From: Spirochaetia bacterium
GTDB lineage: Bacteria > Spirochaetota > Spirochaetia > DSM-2461
DNA: 64,000 nt
Assembly: GCA_963668315.1 (NCBI GenBank)
Contig: OY764216.1
Span: 224,001 to 288,000, forward strand
Reading direction: 5' to 3'
Shown piece by piece: positions 1-8,300 of this stretch. A model generated the notes under the pieces. The model was not told where the DNA came from. It saw only the letters and a program-made list of their open reading frames with translations, and did not search any database. Made by a program: the position numbers and the translations under genes. Each line of letters starts with the position of its first letter. The first letter of the stretch is position 1.

Positions 1-1196
1 ACAGCTTCGCAAGCGGAACTAACAGTGACAGCTGGAGCATCCTCGATGGATCCTTCCCTAAAACCCTGACCATAGCATCTATCACCGACTCCGCAGATGA
101 CGCCGACACCGATGTGGACCTGGATCTCGGGATTTCCGTATCTATCTCCGGTTACAACAGCACGAACAGCCAGCTGACTCTTAATAACGTTAACGCCAAA
201 GCAACCTATGGAATATCCGGAACGGTTACTACCGATCTTTCCATACAACAGGTAGTCATAAGCGGCGTAAACCTCCAGGAAGAGTATCCCGACGTAACCG
301 GCGGCGAAGATCCCATGGATTTGAGCATGCTCAGCGATTACCTGCCCGATACTATAACCTTCCCCGGAATCGCCCCCGAACTCCTTCTGAATCTGGATAC
401 GTCCGAAACAATGAACTTGAAAGTATTCGTTCATGTTGATTACAAATACATGGATGCAACCGATACGGAACAGACCGTATCTCTCGACTTGATAGGAACG
501 GACACCAATTCGGATGGAACTCCCGAAACGTACGGGGAGTATGATGAGGAAACTTCCTCCATTCCCCTTGATGAAGTCGGAACCATGATAAACCGGAGAG
601 CCTACGATATTGTCTTCACCTATGACGTAATGCTTAACGGGGCGACGATAAATGTAAGCGGAAGCGACCAGAGAATGCAGACTGCCGTAGCTGCGGACAT
701 CCCCCTGCTGCTCAACTCCTCGGGAGACACTAAATTGGTTGATGAAAATGACGAAGATATCATCCCGGCTATGGATGAGGATATTTTCGGAAGAACCGCC
801 GAAGACGATGAGATGAGCACATTTATTGATTTCCTGAAATCGGCCAGCATCGATGTAACTTACAAAAATGCGATATCCAATGATCCCGACAACCAATTGG
901 TCGGATTCAGGCTCGATGTCGTGGAAGATACCAATCCGGCAGGCGAAAGTGATTTCAATTTTTCCCAAACTTTCCAAATAACCGATGCCCCTTCGGGAAA
1001 CATATCACTTGCCCTGGATGAAAATGACTTTGACAGAATCGCTGCCGATTCGACGTTTATGCCCCGATTCGAACTATATCTCCTTGACGGGAATCACTAT
1101 TTGCCGCAGGGATTCGACTTTGATATTTCAGCTCAAATCAGCATCCAGTCGGAAGTTGACACGACACTTGACGAACTCATGGGAGAAGACGAGTAA
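1..1196 (+). CDS. Large acidic, beta-rich exported/surface protein (5'-truncated by the window)
   Basis: Frame is open from base 3 to TAA at 1196, so the start lies upstream of the window. Very D/E/T/S-rich. Stop overlaps the next ATG (TAATG). Confidence 0.75.
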   Translation, partial: SFASGTNSDSWSILDGSFPKTLTIASITDSADDADTDVDLDLGISVSISGYNSTNSQLTLNNVNAKATYGISGTVTTDLSIQQVVISGVNLQEEYPDVTGGEDPMDLSMLSDYLPDTITFPGIAPELLLNLDTSETMNLKVFVHVDYKYMDATDTEQTVSLDLIGTDTNSDGTPETYGEYDEETSSIPLDEVGTMINRRAYDIVFTYDVMLNGATINVSGSDQRMQTAVAADIPLLLNSSGDTKLVDENDEDIIPAMDEDIFGRTAEDDEMSTFIDFLKSASIDVTYKNAISNDPDNQLVGFRLDVVEDTNPAGESDFNFSQTFQITDAPSGNISLALDENDFDRIAADSTFMPRFELYLLDGNHYLPQGFDFDISAQISIQSEVDTTLDELMGEDE

Positions 1197-2452
1197 TGAA
1201 AAATACAAATAAAAAAGGCTTATGCCTCCTATTGATGATATTAGTTACCGTGACCATGGGCCTGAGCGCCAACCCCATTCAGCCCTGGGATCACGAGTTC
1301 AACCCCGCTCTCCTGAGTACGGGAGAGAGAACTTTTCTGGAAGTGGGAACTTCCGCCAACGTGGCCGTTTCCAACAGCTATTTCACCATGCAGCAGCTTT
1401 TCCCCGCCGACGGGGTCCTTACCATAGACTTCAATGCCATGATGGATGATCTGGGAGACAAGGATCTCAAAGTAGCCCTCTCCGTTGAAGCCGAAGAGCA
1501 TGCGGTTCTGACTATCCTGGGCCTGAGCCTGGGTGAGTACTCCTCCGTCAGCGGAGCCGTCTCCACCGCCGTTCCCAACGGCGTAATTGAAGCAATTGCC
1601 GACGGCATCAGCATCGGGGAAACCAATGAGGGAACCGGTGAAGTTTACGCCAAGGTATTCGCCAAAGCCGGTATGTACCTCGGATTCCGCTGGAAGGACT
1701 GGCAGATCGGCACCAAAGCCGGCGCCTTTGCCCCCGTGGTCTACACCGACGGCGACGCCAGCTTCACCTATGACGTATCCAACGGTTCCGACGGCACCAT
1801 TAATGCCGAAGCTTCCGCGTCCATACCCTTCTACTCCATGCTGAATATCACCGATATGGGCGATACCGATTCTCAGACGATTATCAACTCTCTGGGATAC
1901 AGCCTGGACCTCGGTCTGGTCAAGATGAAGAACAAGAAGCCCCATTACGGCTTCAGCCTGACAGGGATTACCCTGGCTCCGGCCATGCTGCCCTACTCCA
2001 CCTTGGTTACGGCCAGTGCCACAATGAATGCCGCCGACCTCATCAGCTATGAGGATAACAATGAACCCTGGACGACCGACAGCAATGTGGAAGATGTGGA
2101 AACAGTGGAAGATCTCTATGAAGTGAGCATGCCCCTTTCCGTAGGCGGTTTCTATGTCCTTTCCGGCTACCCCGGATTTATTGACTGGATCGGCACTGCC
2201 GAAATCACACTGGATGACGGCGATGCCCTACTGGGCGCCGATATCACGGCCAAGGGCGCCGTATTCCCCCTGACGGCCCTGAGCCTCACCTTGGGATATG
2301 ACAAGTTCATGTGGGAATCTTCTCTGGGATTAAGATTCAGTCTTCATTTAATTGAAGTGGGACTTGATGTGGGTATGGCCAATACCCGCTTCGTCAACCT
2401 CTTCTCCCCCAGCGGCGTCAGTGCAGGTTTGAATGTGGCCGTAGGCCTCTAG
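1196..2452 (+). CDS. Putative outer-membrane beta-barrel protein (DUF5723/FadL-like)
   Basis: Signal peptide MKNTNKKGLCLLLMILVTVTMGLSA; N-terminal NPA motif (EFNPALL); amphipathic beta-strands ending AGLNVAVGL. Confidence 0.65.
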   Translation: MKNTNKKGLCLLLMILVTVTMGLSANPIQPWDHEFNPALLSTGERTFLEVGTSANVAVSNSYFTMQQLFPADGVLTIDFNAMMDDLGDKDLKVALSVEAEEHAVLTILGLSLGEYSSVSGAVSTAVPNGVIEAIADGISIGETNEGTGEVYAKVFAKAGMYLGFRWKDWQIGTKAGAFAPVVYTDGDASFTYDVSNGSDGTINAEASASIPFYSMLNITDMGDTDSQTIINSLGYSLDLGLVKMKNKKPHYGFSLTGITLAPAMLPYSTLVTASATMNAADLISYEDNNEPWTTDSNVEDVETVEDLYEVSMPLSVGGFYVLSGYPGFIDWIGTAEITLDDGDALLGADITAKGAVFPLTALSLTLGYDKFMWESSLGLRFSLHLIEVGLDVGMANTRFVNLFSPSGVSAGLNVAVGL

Positions 2453-2476
2453 AACCTCAGTCGTTTCAACAGCAAT

Positions 2477-2507
2477 AAGCCGGTTCTCCAGGGGACCGGC
2501 TTTTTTT
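2477..2507. terminator. Intrinsic terminator between convergent genes
   Basis: aagccggttctcc-a-ggggaccggc followed by T7. Confidence 0.8.
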
Positions 2508-2784
2508 AGAAGGTTATGGAAAAATCATAGTAGCGCCCCGTCGCCCGGGCGGGCCTGGATTCAACGGAGCGCACATAGGAACCGGATGGCCCGCGGCTTA
2601 CCGTTTCCTTCAAAGCTTCCAGATTCCGCTCAGAGCCTTCAGCCCATATCTCCACCGATCCGTCTCTGAGATTCCTTACCCAGCCGACCACCCCGATGCG
2701 GCGGGCCTGCCTTTCGGTAAACCACCGAAAGCCCACGCCCTGCACCTGACCTGTCACAATTAAATTCATTACGTCCATTGTCAT
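2506..2784 (-). CDS. acyP: Acylphosphatase
   Basis: GQVQGVGFR and GWVRNLRDGSVE signature motifs; 92 aa. Confidence 0.95.
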   Translation of the reverse strand: MTMDVMNLIVTGQVQGVGFRWFTERQARRIGVVGWVRNLRDGSVEIWAEGSERNLEALKETVSRGPSGSYVRSVESRPARATGRYYDFSITF

Positions 2785-2785
2785 C

Positions 2786-3418
2786 CTAAAAAGCCAGAAT
2801 CGAATCGATCAGCTTTACCTCTTCGGCCATATTGAAAGGAGTTCCTACCTCCGGCGGCTCTCCGGAAATCCGCTTAACCCTATAGTCGGACAGTCCTTCC
2901 CTTATGTAAAGGGGCGGGTCCAGCCCCAGATAAACCACAGAAAAATCGGTAAAGCCGTACTGCTTCATATAGGCGATCATCGTTCCGACGAATAATACCA
3001 TTCTTTCATCATTTCCCGGAATATCCTCCCCGACATCCAGGGGGATAAAATGGCGGACATCGGCAAAATCCATGATTACCAGACCGATATTCTCCCTGTA
3101 GGCTTCATAGAGGAGATGGCTGAAGTGCAGATAACGGTCATAACCGGGAAGAGCAACGAGTAGGACCATCTCTCCCGGCTTCTCAGATCCGACAGCACGG
3201 GTTCCCCTGTACTGGGTAAAAAGCTCCATCCGGTCAAAATAGGAAAAATAGGGGTTTTCCGAAGGATGGATTTTTTCCATCTCCACGACCGGACGGTCGT
3301 ACATTACCGGCGGCTCCCTGAAACGCATGTCATAAACGCGGAGAGAGAAAAAAAGAACTAATAGAACTAATATATTGATCCACAGGAACAGAAGCTGTTT
3401 TTTCCTTATCCTCTTCAT
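2786..3418 (-). CDS. Membrane-anchored hypothetical protein
   Basis: Start reassigned to ATG 3418 (MKRIRKKQ then a TM helix), 6 nt below TTTACC-17-TATAAT. Stop lies 1 nt before the acyP start. Confidence 0.7.
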   Translation of the reverse strand: MKRIRKKQLLFLWINILVLLVLFFSLRVYDMRFREPPVMYDRPVVEMEKIHPSENPYFSYFDRMELFTQYRGTRAVGSEKPGEMVLLVALPGYDRYLHFSHLLYEAYRENIGLVIMDFADVRHFIPLDVGEDIPGNDERMVLFVGTMIAYMKQYGFTDFSVVYLGLDPPLYIREGLSDYRVKRISGEPPEVGTPFNMAEEVKLIDSILAF

Positions 3419-3496
3419 GGGTAAATTATAAACCCTGCGCCGCCTGCGGTAAAGGACGGAGCGCAATGTTCGCCCTTTTTTCTCCCGATCCCTTCC

Positions 3497-3524
3497 TTGA
3501 CGCTTACGTCTCAGCGGTTATAAT
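3497..3524 (+). promoter_or_regulatory. sigma70-type promoter of nitroreductase
   Basis: TTGACG-16-TATAAT, then SD TAAGGAG before ATG 3547. Confidence 0.7.
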
Positions 3525-3546
3525 AGACCTGAATAAGGAGAAGATT

Positions 3547-4068
3547 ATGGAATTCTTTGAAACGATAAAGAGCCGATACAGCTACCGGGGAGCCTTCACC
3601 GAAAAGAAGATCCCCCGGACAGATCTGGAAAAAATCGTTCAGGCCGGGCTTGATGCTCCGTCGGGAAAAAATAGGCAGACCACCGATTTCATTGTTGTAG
3701 ACAGGGATGATATCGTCCGTAAAATCAGAGAAATACCCGGCGGCAACAAGGCTTTATCCGGAGGAATGGCCTATATTCTCTGCATTGTGGACAAGGCTCC
3801 CGAAGCCTCCTTTGAAGGAATGGATTTTCAGGTGGAAGACTGCGCCGCCGCCGTTGAGAATATGCTTCTGGCCATAACCGCTCTGGGTTATGCGGGGGTT
3901 TGGATCGACGGATGGATCCGCTCCCATAACCGGGCTCAGATTCTGGCGGACTTGACCGGCGTTCCCGAAGATAAAACGGTACGGGTCATCATTCCCCTGG
4001 GAGAACCGGCGGAGGAATTGAAGCGGGTGGAAAAGAAGAGCTTGGGCGAAAGGGTGAAATTCATCTAG
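3547..4068 (+). CDS. Nitroreductase family protein
   Basis: IKSRYSYR, APSGKNRQ and AAVENMLLAITALGYAGVWI motifs; start chosen by SD. Confidence 0.9.
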   Translation: MEFFETIKSRYSYRGAFTEKKIPRTDLEKIVQAGLDAPSGKNRQTTDFIVVDRDDIVRKIREIPGGNKALSGGMAYILCIVDKAPEASFEGMDFQVEDCAAAVENMLLAITALGYAGVWIDGWIRSHNRAQILADLTGVPEDKTVRVIIPLGEPAEELKRVEKKSLGERVKFI

Positions 4069-4086
4069 ATTTCAGCATCTCCCCAT

Positions 4087-4112
4087 AAAAAAACCGGCCC
4101 CACGGGCCGGTT
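4087..4112 (-). terminator. Intrinsic terminator oriented on the minus strand
   Basis: Plus strand reads A7-ccggccc-cac-gggccgg-tt, so the long U-tract follows the hairpin only on the minus strand. Confidence 0.75.
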
Positions 4113-4192
4113 AAAAATAAGGAGGAGTCTTATGAAAAAAACGATCCTTGCTGCCACTCAGTTAACAACTTAGTTACATTGAAAGGATAGAT
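4087..4192 (-). ncRNA. Candidate trans-acting sRNA with anti-SD seed
   Basis: Orphan minus-strand terminator; seed UUUUUUUCAUAAGACUCCUCCUU; 5' AUCCUU/AAGGAU stem; possible -10 TATAGT at 4199-4204. 5' end approximate. Confidence 0.45.
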
Positions 4193-4284
4193 TTATCCAC
4201 TATATACTCCATAAACCACGTACTATGGGGACGGTTACATTTTTTTTATTTTTTTATTCGAATTTTATATGACAGGAAAAGATT

Positions 4285-4737
4285 ATGATAAATCTGAGAA
4301 ACGGCAGGCTGGATGATATTCCCCGGCTGCTGCAGCTTCTGGAAATTTTAACGGGAATCGAAGAGTCCTTTGATTTTGACCGGGAAGCCCACACGAGAGG
4401 TCTTTCCCTTCTTATAGAAGCTCAGCCCCGGACCTGCGTTGCCGTGGCTGAGGAGAGCGGAAAGGTAATCGGGATGTGTACGGGCCAGACGGTTATCTCC
4501 ACAGCCATGGGGGGGCCTTCGGTATGGGTGGAAGATGTGGTTGTTCACCCCGATTACCGCCGCCTGGGACTGGGAGCACAGCTCATGGATTACCTGTCGG
4601 ATTGGGCCGCAAGCTGCGGGGCGCTGCGCCAGCAGCTCCTGATAGATAACGACAACGGCTCCGCCTTGGAATTCTACAGAACTCAGAATTGGAAAAGAAC
4701 CAATTTCTCCTGTCTGAGAAAACTACGCCTCGAATAA
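4285..4737 (+). CDS. GNAT family N-acetyltransferase
   Basis: Motif A VVVHPDYRRLGLGAQL and motif B DNGSALEFY. Confidence 0.92.
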   Translation: MINLRNGRLDDIPRLLQLLEILTGIEESFDFDREAHTRGLSLLIEAQPRTCVAVAEESGKVIGMCTGQTVISTAMGGPSVWVEDVVVHPDYRRLGLGAQLMDYLSDWAASCGALRQQLLIDNDNGSALEFYRTQNWKRTNFSCLRKLRLE

Positions 4738-4845
4738 GCAACCTGATCTGAAAATTTCCCCGGGCCGGAGACCCGGCCTTCACCGATCCCGGCGGTATGG
4801 CCGATAAAAGAAATCCTGCCATGGAAAATATTTATTCCCTCCTCC

Positions 4846-4874
4846 TTGACCAGTCATACCTGTTGATCTATCAT
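4846..4874 (+). promoter_or_regulatory. sigma70 promoter of the MFS gene (near-leaderless)
   Basis: TTGACC-17-TATCAT, 8 nt before ATG 4883, no SD. Confidence 0.65.
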
Positions 4875-4882
4875 CAGAAAAC

Positions 4883-6085
4883 ATGGGAAAACGTAAAAAA
4901 CTGGACCCCGCCCTTCTGAAAATCCTGTTGGGAATCTATATTCCCGGTTTCTTCATTCAGCTGGGATCGGCACTGACGCAGCCTTTCAGCCCCCTTTACT
5001 CCCGGGAACTGGGAGCCGGACTGGCCATGGTGGGAGCCATAGCCGCGGCGCAGGGTATCGGCCTGGTCGTCTTCGATCTGCCCGGCGGTTGGCTGGGAGG
5101 GAAAATACGGGAGAGGACATTCATAAACATCAGCGTGATTCTTCTTTTTTTCTGCGCTTTGGGAAAAGGCTTTATCAGAACCCCTCTTCAGTTTCTCTTC
5201 CTCAACGTAGCTTCCGGCATGGCCACGGCCGCCTGGGGCATTGGCCGTCTGGCCTATTTCCGAAGAAGAATTCCCTCTCAGATACGGGGAAGAACTCTGT
5301 CCCTCATGGGGGGAGTCATGCGCGTCACCCGTATTATCACTCCCATCATGGGAGGATTTCTTGTCAAATACATGGGTTTCCGAATGATTTTCTTCATCCA
5401 GGCGGGTTTTACTCTGGCTGCCGTTCTTACTTCCTTTCTTATGATAGAAAAGGGAAGTGCGCCCCAGGAAGAGGGAACCCTCCCGGGAAAAGTACTGAAG
5501 GACTGCTTCAGCCAGAACGGGAAAAACATCATTATCGCCATGATCGGCATCACGGGGCTTCAGCTGATAAGAACATCCCGGAACCTGATATTCCCCCTGT
5601 GGGCCGATCATATCGGAACTTCCGTGGAGATGATAGGAACCCTGACCAGCGCGGGCGGACTCATTGAAACGGCCCTGGTACTTCCCGCAGGATATATTAT
5701 GGACCGTTTCGGCCGGAAGAAATCGGTTGTTCCCTGTACGATCGGTCTGGGGCTGGCGCTTATGGTTCTGCCCCTGGCGCAGAATTTTCGGGGGCTGATT
5801 ATCGTCATGGTTCTGATGGCTCTGACTAACGGCATTGGAAGCGGCATCAATATGACCATAAGCTCAGACCTGGCACCGCGCCGGGCGGCATCGGAGTTTC
5901 TGGGAGTCTGGCGCTTCATCACCGATTCAAGTCAGGTTGTCGGTCCGTCTCTGGCGGGGTTGATCGCCGGATTTTCCACCCTGGCACTTGCTCCCGTCAC
6001 GGCGGGGCTTATGGGACTGGCCGCCGGCCTTCTCATGCTTTTCGGGATGAAGGAAACGGGAGGCACCGACAGATCACAGACGTAG
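4883..6085 (+). CDS. MFS transporter
   Basis: About 12 TM segments; GYIMDRFGRK motif A. Confidence 0.92.
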   Translation: MGKRKKLDPALLKILLGIYIPGFFIQLGSALTQPFSPLYSRELGAGLAMVGAIAAAQGIGLVVFDLPGGWLGGKIRERTFINISVILLFFCALGKGFIRTPLQFLFLNVASGMATAAWGIGRLAYFRRRIPSQIRGRTLSLMGGVMRVTRIITPIMGGFLVKYMGFRMIFFIQAGFTLAAVLTSFLMIEKGSAPQEEGTLPGKVLKDCFSQNGKNIIIAMIGITGLQLIRTSRNLIFPLWADHIGTSVEMIGTLTSAGGLIETALVLPAGYIMDRFGRKKSVVPCTIGLGLALMVLPLAQNFRGLIIVMVLMALTNGIGSGINMTISSDLAPRRAASEFLGVWRFITDSSQVVGPSLAGLIAGFSTLALAPVTAGLMGLAAGLLMLFGMKETGGTDRSQT

Positions 6086-6235
6086 CAGTCTGTCCCGAAA
6101 AGCACAAAAAAAAGAAAAGGGAAATCATTTCCCACCTTTACGTACAAACTTTTAACGAAATAACGCTGTTTTCGTCATTTTACCGTATTGATTAATTACA
6201 CAAATAGGAATACAACCATTCTCAAGAGGTGATAT

Positions 6236-8083
6236 ATGATCCAAATGAAAACACAATCGGCCCCTCCTTCCTTCCCCCTGGTGGACAGGAAGGAACCCCA
6301 GCTCTACAGAGAGCAATTCCCCTATTCGGAAGTACCCCGTATCCTCTTTGAAAATAACTACCTCATGCCTGATCCTCCCGAAGAAATCTGGATAACCGAC
6401 ACCACGTTCCGAGACGGACAGCAGGCCAGGCCCCCCTACACCCCCCGGCAGATCGGGGATCTATACGCTTTCATGTCCCGTCTGGGCGGGCCCAACGGTA
6501 TAATCCGCCAGAGCGAATTCTTTATCTACAGCAAACGGGACCAGCAGGCTCTTGAGATATGCCAGAACATGAATCTTCCCTTTCCGGAGATAACCAGCTG
6601 GATCAGGGCAGACAGAAATGATCTGTCCCTGGTAAAAGAGAGGGGTTTGAAGGAGACGGGAATACTGACCTCCGTTTCGGACTACCATATATTCCTCAAA
6701 CTCAAGAAGAGCCGGCGCAAGGCCATGGATGATTACCTCGCTATCGTAAAAGATGCTCTGGATGAGGGGATCCTCCCCCGCTGCCATTTCGAGGATATAA
6801 CCCGGGCCGACGTTTACGGTTTCTGCCTTCCCTTTGCCCAGGAGCTCCTGAAACTGTCCCGGGAAGCGGGAATCCCCGTGAAGATCCGCCTGTGCGACAC
6901 CATGGGCTACGGCATATCCTATCCGGGCGCCGTCCTTCCCCGAAGCGTCCCCAAGCTTGTCCATGCCTTTCGCAATGAACTGGGTTATCCCGCCGAATGG
7001 CTGGAATGGCACGGCCATAATGACTTTCACAAGGTCCACATTAACGGCTCCACCGCCTGGCTCTACGGGCTGAGCGCTCTGAACGCCTCCCTGCTGGGCT
7101 ACGGGGAAAGAACGGGTAACCCCCCCCTGGAAAGCGCCGTCATAGAGTACATCGGGTTGACCGGCAGCGCCAACGGGATGGACACCACGGTCATAACGGA
7201 AATTGCCGAATACTTCACCCGGGAAATCAAGGCTTCCATTCCGGCAAATTACCCCTTTGTCGGTAAGGACTTTAACACGACCCGTGCGGGAATTCATGCG
7301 GACGGCATTCTCAAGAGCCCCGAGATTTACAACATATTCGATACGGACAAACTCCTCAACCGTCCCCTCAGAGTTACGGTCACCGACAAATCCGGGGCGG
7401 CCGGTATTGCCCGCTGGCTGAACGAAAACATAGAGACGGTAAAGAACGGCAAGAGAGAGCCCATCAACAAGCGGGATCCCGGAGTGTACCCCATCAACCT
7501 GTGGGTGCAGGAGCAGTATGCCAACGGACGGACCACCGCCATCTCACCCGACGAGCTCACGGCCCAGGCGAAGCACTATATTCCCAGTCTGTTCATCTCC
7601 GATTTCGAATCCATCCAGACCACGGCGAAAGACAAGGCCATGAGAATTTCCGAAGTAATAACGAAGTCCCGGGAAGTGCAGAGTCTGGATCCGCAGATCA
7701 TGGAGCCCTATCTGAAATCCGTTCTTAAAAGGGAGCCCTCCATCCAGCTGCTGGCCATTACCAATCTCAACGGATACCGTATCAGCCAGGTTCATACGCA
7801 GAGGGGAGACAAAAGTCTGTACCGCCGCCTGATGGATAAGGACTTCAATGAGCATAACTGGTTTATCCGGGTAAAGGAAACGGGCGAAGCTTACTGTTCG
7901 GAAATCTTCAATTCGGTCTTTACCGACAGAATGATTATTACCGTGGCCCTGCCCCTCCGCTCCCAAACGGGGGAAATCCGGGCTATCATCGACATTGACT
8001 TCACCTTCAATGAGCTGGTCAAACTGGAGTCGAACATACCCGACGAAATCCTGGCTCTGGGAGAGGAGATCTACCGTTCCTGA
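6236..8083 (+). CDS. Re-citrate synthase-like DRE-TIM metallolyase (LeuA superfamily) with C-terminal Cache/PDC-like domain
   Basis: IWITDTTFRDGQQ, RCHFEDITR, WHGHNDF and GERTGN motifs match the clostridial/Syntrophus Re-CS subfamily; extra C-terminal ~150 aa. Confidence 0.8.
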   Translation: MIQMKTQSAPPSFPLVDRKEPQLYREQFPYSEVPRILFENNYLMPDPPEEIWITDTTFRDGQQARPPYTPRQIGDLYAFMSRLGGPNGIIRQSEFFIYSKRDQQALEICQNMNLPFPEITSWIRADRNDLSLVKERGLKETGILTSVSDYHIFLKLKKSRRKAMDDYLAIVKDALDEGILPRCHFEDITRADVYGFCLPFAQELLKLSREAGIPVKIRLCDTMGYGISYPGAVLPRSVPKLVHAFRNELGYPAEWLEWHGHNDFHKVHINGSTAWLYGLSALNASLLGYGERTGNPPLESAVIEYIGLTGSANGMDTTVITEIAEYFTREIKASIPANYPFVGKDFNTTRAGIHADGILKSPEIYNIFDTDKLLNRPLRVTVTDKSGAAGIARWLNENIETVKNGKREPINKRDPGVYPINLWVQEQYANGRTTAISPDELTAQAKHYIPSLFISDFESIQTTAKDKAMRISEVITKSREVQSLDPQIMEPYLKSVLKREPSIQLLAITNLNGYRISQVHTQRGDKSLYRRLMDKDFNEHNWFIRVKETGEAYCSEIFNSVFTDRMIITVALPLRSQTGEIRAIIDIDFTFNELVKLESNIPDEILALGEEIYRS

Positions 8084-8128
8084 TACAGGTCGTCCCGCCT
8101 TCCGGGGAGACATCATCTTACCACGACG

Positions 8129-8171
8129 ATACATAGGGCGTAATAAGTTTTTCCTATTACGCCATATGTAT
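8129..8171. repeat. 19-bp inverted repeat (17/19 match) with 5-nt spacer
   Basis: atacatagggcgtaataag-ttttt-cctattacgccatatgtat. Confidence 0.7.
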
Positions 8172-8300
8172 TATTAATGCACTTATCGTATATTTGATAA
8201 TCCGATTTATTGCTTTTCTCTTTCTTCTCTCATAAACTTTATATAATCTCTGATACGGATTCTCCCCCTCGGCGGAATCACCAAAATAAGGAAATAGAGT

